A DNA stretch of 24,730 bases from a virus. Taxonomy: Duplodnaviria > Caudoviricetes. Within the stretch, counting starts at the first letter, position 1, and the number at the start of each line of letters is the position of its first letter. Position numbers and translations under genes: made by a program. The stretch spans positions 1 to 24,730 of IMG/VR virus record IMGVR_UViG_3300027798_000213; one strand, written 5' to 3'. Shown here piece after piece: positions 1-7,655 of the stretch. The notes below the pieces were generated by a model. The model worked only from the letters and a program-made list of their open reading frames with translations, was not told the origin of the DNA and searched no databases.

Positions 1-1447
1 GTGGTTTAATGGGCTCTGGAATAGTCTGCCCAGACTGAACTAGCTTTGCGGCATTAACCATTCTCTGAGCCATCTGAGAAAGATCCTCTAAGGACTTACC
101 AGTGTTTAATTTATCCTTTCTAAGGATATTCATGGCGTCTTCAAACGTCAAGGTGCCAGATTTGGTTTGACCCTGCATTTTATTGAAAAGGTCTGGGTTC
201 TCTTTCAATAGTGCAAGCTCTTCTTGGAACCTTGAGGGCTTGTTTGCGGCTTGTCTGGTCTGATCGTACATACGCTTTTCATGCGCTTCCTGGGACTTAT
301 AGCGCGCCTCTTGAGCGTCACGCTGGGCCTTCTTGTCAGCCGCATCCAAAACCTCTTTGGCGCCAGCGCCTTGCATTTCCGCAATCTTAACCTCGCGAGC
401 ATTAGCTTGCTCTTTAAATTTCATAGCTTTCTCAATGTCACCTTCAGCATATGCGCGCCTCATATTCTCAATATCAGCTTGGAGCTTCATTGTCTCGATG
501 GTCTGAGCGCGTTCTAAGGCCTGCTGTTTAGCGGCACGTTCTTCTTGTGCGGCAGTGGCGGCGTTATAAGACTTACCAAATCCTCCAAATGCTGCTCCAA
601 TACCTCCCATACCCTTCCGGCCACGGGTAGCCTCACCAGCGGCAATCAAAGCTTGTGATAAAGCGGCAAGACCTTGCCGGCCTTCACCTTCTTGAAACCT
701 AGAGCGCTGGGCTGCGTTTTGCTGCTCAAGCTGGGCGGCTAACTTTGTTAATGTGTCGCCGGGTAACTTATTAAGGAGGTCGGCATACTCTGGATTCTTG
801 GCTATTTGTTCAGCTATAACTTTTTCTCTATCGACAGGTTGCGGCAGATCTACCTGCCCCAACAAACGCTTTCTTAAAATCTGATTAGCCAACTCTACTG
901 GAAGTTTGCCATCCCCACCACCTTCTGAATACGTGCCTGACACAGATTCGCCGGGAGGCAGAACCAACTGCTCATTGTTTTCATTAGCAAACGCCACAAT
1001 ACCGCCGGGCGCGTAATTGAACATACGATTGCTGATAGGCAGATTGGCCAGTCCACCACCAGCCATGCCGGCTGGAATAGCACCGGGCTGAGACATCTGC
1101 TGGGGAGGCATAGACCGAGCCGCCGGCTGAATCTGCATAGGTCGCATTTGAGGAGCCATTTGAGGCTGTACTGCAGGCATGGGACGGGGCATCCCTTCAG
1201 GATTCATCCTCATGTTCATGCCTTGGCCAATGCCGGGAAGTGCCACTTGCTGGTTGAGCTCGCTTTCAAGCTTCTCTTTAACAGAAGAATCAGGAGCTTG
1301 AGCTGCACGTTGCTCCATAGACTTTCGTCTATTCATCTCGCCAAGAGCCATATACGGGGGAACCTGTGGGTTCTGCCCATTAGCGTAGGACATGATTGCC
1401 TGTGTAGGCAGATCCTTTAGATGTTCTTGGATTTGAATCAGATTCAT
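1..1447 (-). CDS. Putative internal virion/DNA-ejection protein, 3'-partial (>480 aa), absent from the ORF track
   Basis: Hand translation from ATG at 1447 (ATGA overlap with the stop of 1444..2370): MNLIQIQEHLKDLPTQAIMSYANGQNPQVPPYMALGEMNRRK..., open to the window edge. P/Q/M-rich linker, MAGGGLANLP and YAPGGIVAF motifs, then A/E/K/Q-rich coiled-coil-like sequence. Function inferred from position. Confidence 0.8.
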   Translation of the reverse strand, partial: MNLIQIQEHLKDLPTQAIMSYANGQNPQVPPYMALGEMNRRKSMEQRAAQAPDSSVKEKLESELNQQVALPGIGQGMNMRMNPEGMPRPMPAVQPQMAPQMRPMQIQPAARSMPPQQMSQPGAIPAGMAGGGLANLPISNRMFNYAPGGIVAFANENNEQLVLPPGESVSGTYSEGGGDGKLPVELANQILRKRLLGQVDLPQPVDREKVIAEQIAKNPEYADLLNKLPGDTLTKLAAQLEQQNAAQRSRFQEGEGRQGLAALSQALIAAGEATRGRKGMGGIGAAFGGFGKSYNAATAAQEERAAKQQALERAQTIETMKLQADIENMRRAYAEGDIEKAMKFKEQANAREVKIAEMQGAGAKEVLDAADKKAQRDAQEARYKSQEAHEKRMYDQTRQAANKPSRFQEELALLKENPDLFNKMQGQTKSGTLTFEDAMNILRKDKLNTGKSLEDLSQMAQRMVNAAKLVQSGQTIPEPIKP

Positions 1448-2370
1448 GATGATGGCCCTAAATCAAGGCCGAGGCCTTTTAACAATTCCCCTACGTTTTT
1501 GTATCCTAACGCAGATGCTGCCGCTGTACCGCCGCCAAGCATAGATATTAATGAGCCAACACCGGACATTTCGCCAGCCGTGTTTTGTACAGATCCTGTA
1601 GGTAATCCAGAAATCATGTCGCGCTGGAATTGAACTTGCTCATATGGATACTGTCGTTGCTTCTCAAACTCAGCCTTATCAGCGGCTATACCCTCAGACT
1701 CAATACCTCGCTGTGTTGCCCCTTGTGTGCCCATCAAATCAACCAAAGTCTTAGCTTGACCTTGTTCGGTGTTGAACTGACCCATGGCTTTGTCAAATGC
1801 GGTTGCGTAACCTTGATTAATCGCTTTGTTTTGCTCTTGCAACAAATTACGGTTAGCTTCAGAATCCATAATGGCTTGACGGCTACCGCCAAAACCACCG
1901 GCTTGAGTTAACTTAGTCATAGCGGGCTGAAGATTTATTTTTGATTGGCGGCGAAGCTCCTCTAACTGAGGGGTAAGCACACCCTCTAAGTATGGGTTCA
2001 TGTATTGAGCGGCAATACCTGTAGGGCCAGTCAAAGTTCCGGCAGTCATACCACCCGTAGGAGCTGCGCCAGCACCTTGACCTATGGGCGCTGGTGCATA
2101 AGGATCAACTCCCCCCATGCTGGGAAGCTGATAGGCGCCAGAAGAGCTAAACGATTGACCCAAATTAGTAGGGAATGTTAAGCTTGCAAGCCCTTCAAAG
2201 CCTTTGGTTTGCAGACTAGATGGGCCAGCTGTGAGTGGGCCTTGGTAAGTCTCATAGGGCGTATTGGCCAGTGCTTGAGCTCGACCCAAGTAATTGGTAA
2301 TGTACGGCGATGCCCAGTCGGCTAGGCCTTGGGTGTTTGTCGATCCTGTGGGTAGGGTTTCTCCGGCCAT
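1444..2370 (-). CDS. Putative DNA-transfer/ejection (internal virion) protein, 308 aa
   Basis: AGGAG SD upstream. Q/A/G-rich with YMNPY and AGGFGGSRQ motifs, which I recall from podovirus-type ejection proteins. Gly-rich hydrophobic C-terminus. Confidence 0.6.
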   Translation of the reverse strand: MAGETLPTGSTNTQGLADWASPYITNYLGRAQALANTPYETYQGPLTAGPSSLQTKGFEGLASLTFPTNLGQSFSSSGAYQLPSMGGVDPYAPAPIGQGAGAAPTGGMTAGTLTGPTGIAAQYMNPYLEGVLTPQLEELRRQSKINLQPAMTKLTQAGGFGGSRQAIMDSEANRNLLQEQNKAINQGYATAFDKAMGQFNTEQGQAKTLVDLMGTQGATQRGIESEGIAADKAEFEKQRQYPYEQVQFQRDMISGLPTGSVQNTAGEMSGVGSLISMLGGGTAAASALGYKNVGELLKGLGLDLGPSS

Positions 2371-2379
2371 AACAGCTCC

Positions 2380-3873
2380 TTAAGCGGGTAAATATTTGTG
2401 CGCTTTTGTATCAGCGGCAACGTTTTTAGTCTTGCGGCGCGCCTTCTGGACGCGATCCATCATGTCGTAAAGCTTCTGAGCGCCTGCGTTTGTAGAGCCG
2501 TTGCCTAGTTCGGATACAACTCTTGCTGGTACAACAAACTCGCCTTCTGCCAAGCGGGCTGGTTGTTTACCACCGATTGTCGCAGGAATTGAGTCTGATA
2601 CGCCGTCACCGGGGCCACGCAATAGGCGACCACCATCCGAGTAACCACCCAGATCAGAAATGCCACCGCCGCCATACATCATTCCACCGCCAGCGGCTTT
2701 GGGTGTGTAGGTGGTGGGTGAGAAGTAAGTAGTTCCACCAGCTCCGGGACGCGCTGTTGAGCCAGCTGCTGGGCCATATGGCAATTGCCTGCGATCAGCT
2801 GTTAATGATGGGATAACTGCGCTAGGGCCAGATTTTCCACCACCCTTATTCATCATAGCCATCAAAGCTAATAGAGCCAATAGCATATTATTGTTTGAAG
2901 ATTTAGAGCCAGCACCAGCTTTTGTGCCTGCATCTTTCTTGGTGTTATCAATGATCTTATCAAGGCCTTTTTTATCAACTGTAACCGTCTTGGTTCCGCC
3001 ACCGTCATTTGTTACAACCTTATAAGTACCATCTTTGTTATCAATGATGGTGCGTCCGGGTGAAACTGCGGCTTGCTGGCCAGTGATCTTTGGGTTGTTA
3101 ATAAAAGAACTTGAATCACCAATTGCATACTTGGCACCCAATGGATTTGCCGCACTGCTTTGAGCCAAGAAACCAGTCTCGCTCAAAGTGCCGCCAGTGC
3201 CCTTGATTGGGGTTGTGCTGCCTTCTAGGAATTGAGCTGGAATGTACTTACTCAGTCCTTGGCCACCACCCATTTGAGCCAAGCCCATACCGCGCGTTGC
3301 ATCAGCATTTAAACCTTGACCGCCTTCTGTTTCAAGGCCAGAACGCAAAGAGAAATCTGTAGATCCGGGTGTATAGCGGGCAATCTCATCTTTGGTGCCA
3401 GAGCCAAGCAAGTCTTCAATGCTGTTAAAACCTTCGCCTGTAATGCCTGTTGCACCAGTAATTGGATCAAATGCTGACATCTGGCCACGGCCTGTTGACC
3501 TAAGACCAGTTCCTCCGGATGTGTCTTTTTCAAGATCAGCAAGGCTGATTCTTTTTGGGCTTAGGCTACGGCTTAACGCTTCTTCTCCGCCCTCTGTCTT
3601 TAAAAGCTCTTCAATATTAAGGCCTCCATCACCGGAGAACAGTGATGAAGCATTACCAGAATCACCTAAAGCAGCAGCCAGTTCGTCACCTAAACTACCG
3701 CCAAAGTCGCCCAGAATTTGGCTAAAGTCTATGTCTTGACCGCCACCGCCAAACAAACTGGACAAGTCTAATTCTTGTAAGTCAGTTCCAAGTCCAATAT
3801 CTGACAAGCCGGAAAAGTCATACTCTTCATTGCCGCTACCAAAGTTAAAGTCTTCAAAGGAAAAATCATCCAT
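2380..3873 (-). CDS. Putative internal virion protein, 497 aa, with C-terminal GPGDG-SDSIPA/GEFV domain
   Basis: GGAG SD upstream. Acidic D/F/G-rich N-terminus, hydrophobic segment MLLALLALMAMM, then YSDGGRLLRGPGDGVSDSIPA...LAEGEFVVPA. Confidence 0.65.
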   Translation of the reverse strand: MDDFSFEDFNFGSGNEEYDFSGLSDIGLGTDLQELDLSSLFGGGGQDIDFSQILGDFGGSLGDELAAALGDSGNASSLFSGDGGLNIEELLKTEGGEEALSRSLSPKRISLADLEKDTSGGTGLRSTGRGQMSAFDPITGATGITGEGFNSIEDLLGSGTKDEIARYTPGSTDFSLRSGLETEGGQGLNADATRGMGLAQMGGGQGLSKYIPAQFLEGSTTPIKGTGGTLSETGFLAQSSAANPLGAKYAIGDSSSFINNPKITGQQAAVSPGRTIIDNKDGTYKVVTNDGGGTKTVTVDKKGLDKIIDNTKKDAGTKAGAGSKSSNNNMLLALLALMAMMNKGGGKSGPSAVIPSLTADRRQLPYGPAAGSTARPGAGGTTYFSPTTYTPKAAGGGMMYGGGGISDLGGYSDGGRLLRGPGDGVSDSIPATIGGKQPARLAEGEFVVPARVVSELGNGSTNAGAQKLYDMMDRVQKARRKTKNVAADTKAHKYLPA

Positions 3874-3885
3874 ATTAATCTCCAG

Positions 3886-6800
3886 TTACGCTGCTTGCAT
3901 TATCTTTTTCAGCATGGCTGCACGTACTGCAGGGGGTTGCTGATTCAGCATTTTTGCCACTAAGCTACCATTTAATCCATCAAAGGCGCTCTTATCTGTG
4001 AGTGTATTCTTGTTGCCATTCTTTATCAAGCCGGGTAATGATGCAAGACCCCCGCCAGCTTTACCAATTACGTCATTGGTTAAGTTGAACTTCTGGGCTA
4101 TTTGTGCAATTGCCATTGGATTCTTAGACTCCAAGGCTTTGATCACAGCCAAGCCTTTGGCAGCTGTAGCGGCATCTTTGCTTCCGGACATCTGGGCACC
4201 AATGTTTGCCAGTGATACAAGGTCTTTGTTGTCAATAGCTTTTAGAGCAGACGCGCCAGTTAACAAGTCTTTGGTTGATAAGTTGCCAACAACATTTGCG
4301 CTAGGATTAAACGCATCTGGGCCAAATAAATTCTTATCGGAGGCCAAGCCCGCGCCACTCATGGCCAGACCCAAAATATCCTTGTTATCTATAGCATTTG
4401 CTACATTGGCAATCTTAGAGGCTGAACTAATGTTGTTTAACGTACTTGCACTAGCGCCAAGTGTCTTTGCAATTTCACCACCCACAGGTAGCGCGCTTAA
4501 CAAAGCCTGCTTCCAGTTGCCTTCACTTGCCGCATACAGCGCATTGATGGCTTGTGCAAATGGGGCAACCCCGGGGATAAACGAAGCAATCGCTAAGAAC
4601 GGCGCAAGGGCCCCCATATCACTGCTAGACGCGCCAGTTGTGTAAAAGATTGGGTTGCCATCTTTAAACTGGACGTTGTAGCCAGTGTTACCTTTACCCT
4701 TAAACGTGCCAGACCAAGAGTTGCCAGTTGTGCGTTCAGCGTAATTGCTTGCCTTAGACAATGGCTCGCCAGTTACTTTATTAACAACAATAGTACGCTT
4801 TGTCTCATTGCCTTCTTCGTCTGTTTCGGTAATTGTTTTCTCGCCCACTTGACGAATATCGGTAATGCCAGCCGCAACAAGGTTCTTAGCCATGTCTTCG
4901 GTCATTGCATCCAATGATCCAAAGCCGCCCTTCTTGCCTTCTTTGGCACCACCTTGGTAGTATTGTTCTGTACCAGCTTTTTGCTGGGCTTTAAGCTGAT
5001 CAAAAACAGTGCTAACAGCAATAGGGTTCAGGCTTTCAAACTTCTTACCACCGTATTCACCAGAGTAATCTTTAGCCGCTTTTTCGCTAAACTTATCAAG
5101 AGCCACACCATAGATACCACTGACAGCTGGGTTGGATTTGAGTTCTTCAATCTTAGCCCTGATCTCTGCCGCCGACATTTCGGTGTCGCCCATCAAAGCC
5201 TCAAGAGTCTTTGGAGCTTCTTTAACGGGGTTTAAGTAATCCTGAACAGCTTTGACCGTGGTGTTTCCAGCTTTGGCAAGGTCTTCATCTGTCACTTTGT
5301 ACTGGCTTTGAAGTGCCAGCATGGTCTTGGCTTTATTAACTTCAGCTGTAGATAGGGCTGTAGCGTCTGTACCAGCCTTAGTCTTAGCCTCATCAAAACC
5401 CTTGGCAAGGTTAGCCAAACCCTTGTCGTAAGCATCAAACAGGGTAGTAACCCCAGCTTTATCCATACCAGAGTACTTGGCTATTTCGTCAGCATCCAAA
5501 CCAAATTGGCGAGCTGCACCCTTAATGTTTGCTATCTCATCAAACGTAGTGCCCTCATCTTTGGCCAGTGTGGTGGTAATGAAGTCTTTGATCTGGGTGC
5601 CGTATTGCTTACGATATTCGTCAGCAGCTGGCTTACCAAATGCCTTGTCAATAGCGGCATCATCCATGCCAAATTGCTGGGCAGTCTCAAAGATCTTGTT
5701 GTTCTTATCAAAAGCCGACAGGGTTGTATCTTTGGCAATGTTGTCTGTAATTGACTTAAGGTAATTTGGAGCTACATACTTTGAATATGCGTCATCTTTT
5801 TTATTTGTTAGCAAGTCATTGATAGCAGTCTGGAACTCTTGTCTAACCTGATCTGGCGTTGAACCAGTATCAAGCTTTTGTTTCCAGTAATTAAACCCGC
5901 CTTGGTCAATTTGGCTTACATCTGTACCAATACCAGTCCTGCCAATGGAAGAGTAAAGTTCATTAATAAGCTTTGGCCTGTTGGCCATCTCAACATCTGC
6001 AGCCTTTTGAAACGAAGCCGCTTCAGTAGCGTCAACAGTATCGCCAAAGTTTTTCTTCCAAAACTCTAAGCCCTCCTTTTCACCTTCACGGCCAAGGATG
6101 CTTTTGTATAACTCTTCAACAGTAGTAGGCGGCGTAACAGCTGCGGGTGCGGCAGCAATATTGTTGACTGCCGCCGGAGCAAATCCAATATTCTGCTGAA
6201 CATCAGTTGCGCTTGTGTCAATTGGTTTTGCTGTAAGAGAGGCAATACCATCAGTTGAGCCAGTCAACCGATTGCGCTCTGTTTTAATGATGTCTTGTTG
6301 AATTTGATCTGGCGTTAAAGCTGCATTAGATGCTGCTGGGGCGTTAAGACCAGCAATAGTATTTGCTAAATTAACACCAAGCGTGGCGTACATACTTCCA
6401 CCAGGGTGAAGAGTGTCGCCTGTAGTGGTATCAAAAACGTCCGACCTACCAGTTGTAAACGCAAATTTATCATCTAACGCAGAACCGGTAGAGCCTGCAA
6501 CGTCACGAATAATATCCGCATAAGATCCAACATTATTACCCCAGCTAATATCCGAGCCAACAGCATTGGGTGTTTGCAAAACAACTTTTTTACCAGCGGC
6601 TTTTGCTTGGTTAACAGCATTAAGCAAATTAGCTCTAAATGTTTCAGGGCTTTCTCCGCGATATGCTTCATTCAAACCGTAGTTCAAAACAACAACGCCA
6701 GAATTTCCTGCAAGCGAATTTGCCCAACTGTTATTGCCATCAGCGTTGCTTATTAAATCGCCAACCGTAGTGCTATCAACACCCCTGTTAGAAACGGTGT

Positions 6801-7314
6801 AACCACCTCCCAAAGCGTTCTGGGCAGAAGTCACCATGTTGTTGTCAACATAATTTCCAGCGTTGTTACCTCGCGTTGTGGAATCACCAAACGCATCAAC
6901 GTTATTGTTGTTTAAATTTGATACGTTTGATGTAGCGCCTGTAGCTGCCACATTCCCTGTAGTCGCCGCATTTCCCGTAGTTGCTGCATTTGTATTAACA
7001 AGGTTTGGAGCAAGTTGCTGTTGTTCAGCTGCCGAGCGTTGAGCTAATTCTGCTTGAGCCGCCTGCATAAAACTGGCTTGTTCTGCCGCATCAACATCCC
7101 CGCCAAAAGCATTCTGCCAAAACGCCAATCCACCCTCATCAGGAGCACGGCCAAGAATCTGCGTGTACAGATCGTTAACCGTCATAGGTGGTGGAGCCGC
7201 AGGAGGAGGTGGCGCTACAGCAGCTGGTGTAGTTGCCACGGGCGCTGGAGTTGCAGGTAATGTATCTTCAAATACATTTCTACCAAATTGTTGCTGTCCA
7301 AAATTAAGAGCCAT
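3886..7314 (-). CDS. Large virion/internal protein (~1142 aa) with SGNH/GDSL hydrolase domain and DUF4214-like repeats
   Basis: Start moved to ATG 7314 (MALNF), which forms a TAATG overlap with the upstream stop. SGNH blocks FGDSTT, NRGV, NYGLNE, DTLHP. Repeats of LYxxILGRxxxxxGLxFW. Confidence 0.75.
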   Translation of the reverse strand: MALNFGQQQFGRNVFEDTLPATPAPVATTPAAVAPPPPAAPPPMTVNDLYTQILGRAPDEGGLAFWQNAFGGDVDAAEQASFMQAAQAELAQRSAAEQQQLAPNLVNTNAATTGNAATTGNVAATGATSNVSNLNNNNVDAFGDSTTRGNNAGNYVDNNMVTSAQNALGGGYTVSNRGVDSTTVGDLISNADGNNSWANSLAGNSGVVVLNYGLNEAYRGESPETFRANLLNAVNQAKAAGKKVVLQTPNAVGSDISWGNNVGSYADIIRDVAGSTGSALDDKFAFTTGRSDVFDTTTGDTLHPGGSMYATLGVNLANTIAGLNAPAASNAALTPDQIQQDIIKTERNRLTGSTDGIASLTAKPIDTSATDVQQNIGFAPAAVNNIAAAPAAVTPPTTVEELYKSILGREGEKEGLEFWKKNFGDTVDATEAASFQKAADVEMANRPKLINELYSSIGRTGIGTDVSQIDQGGFNYWKQKLDTGSTPDQVRQEFQTAINDLLTNKKDDAYSKYVAPNYLKSITDNIAKDTTLSAFDKNNKIFETAQQFGMDDAAIDKAFGKPAADEYRKQYGTQIKDFITTTLAKDEGTTFDEIANIKGAARQFGLDADEIAKYSGMDKAGVTTLFDAYDKGLANLAKGFDEAKTKAGTDATALSTAEVNKAKTMLALQSQYKVTDEDLAKAGNTTVKAVQDYLNPVKEAPKTLEALMGDTEMSAAEIRAKIEELKSNPAVSGIYGVALDKFSEKAAKDYSGEYGGKKFESLNPIAVSTVFDQLKAQQKAGTEQYYQGGAKEGKKGGFGSLDAMTEDMAKNLVAAGITDIRQVGEKTITETDEEGNETKRTIVVNKVTGEPLSKASNYAERTTGNSWSGTFKGKGNTGYNVQFKDGNPIFYTTGASSSDMGALAPFLAIASFIPGVAPFAQAINALYAASEGNWKQALLSALPVGGEIAKTLGASASTLNNISSASKIANVANAIDNKDILGLAMSGAGLASDKNLFGPDAFNPSANVVGNLSTKDLLTGASALKAIDNKDLVSLANIGAQMSGSKDAATAAKGLAVIKALESKNPMAIAQIAQKFNLTNDVIGKAGGGLASLPGLIKNGNKNTLTDKSAFDGLNGSLVAKMLNQQPPAVRAAMLKKIMQAA

Positions 7315-7655
7315 TATCCGACCTTCCAATTTGTTCCGTCAGAATATACAGGGACTGCAATAGCCCCGCCAGTCACAACGGTCGCCCCAAATGTTGGAGC
7401 CAGTGCATCTGTTACAAAAGACCTTGCACCTTTGCCTGATGTAACCGCACTTGGTAGTGTTGCCACCGTGTAATTTGTTAATGGAGGAATAATTGCACTT
7501 GTTTTTAACTGCTCCAAAATTGCATCAATTCTATTAAAGTAAAGACGTAAAATATTGTTAAGCTGATCTGAATATACCCGTGAGTACACCTCCGTAGCCA
7601 GCGGTAAATTAGGCGCAGCTACTTGGTTAATTTCAAACTCGGACGTAACAATCAT
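7314..7655 (-). CDS. Small tail-associated structural protein, 113 aa
   Basis: Coupled to both neighbours. Helical N-half (QLNNILRLYFNRID) and fibre-type C-half (YTVATLPSA...VYSDGTNW). Function inferred. Confidence 0.55.
   Translation of the reverse strand: MIVTSEFEINQVAAPNLPLATEVYSRVYSDQLNNILRLYFNRIDAILEQLKTSAIIPPLTNYTVATLPSAVTSGKGARSFVTDALAPTFGATVVTGGAIAVPVYSDGTNWKVG

Noticed and set aside
205-1083. Track ORFs 205..402, 251..517 and 895..1083
   Set aside because: They lie inside the uninterrupted 1..1447 minus-strand frame, which the track missed because it has no stop in the window.
3998-4645. Long plus-strand ORFs (e.g. 3998..4645, 10234..10770, 13531..13962, 21663..22085)
   Set aside because: Antisense shadows of well-supported, coupled minus-strand genes, with no recognisable motifs.
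6935-6995. NAATTG x3 hexapeptide repeat
   Set aside because: Real but short and degenerate, and most simply a linker expansion before the SGNH domain.
2380-7314. Calling the 497-aa or 1142-aa protein a tape measure protein
   Set aside because: Only a short TMP-like motif is present. No tail tube, tail-assembly chaperone or baseplate context is visible, and the gene order fits podovirus ejection proteins better.
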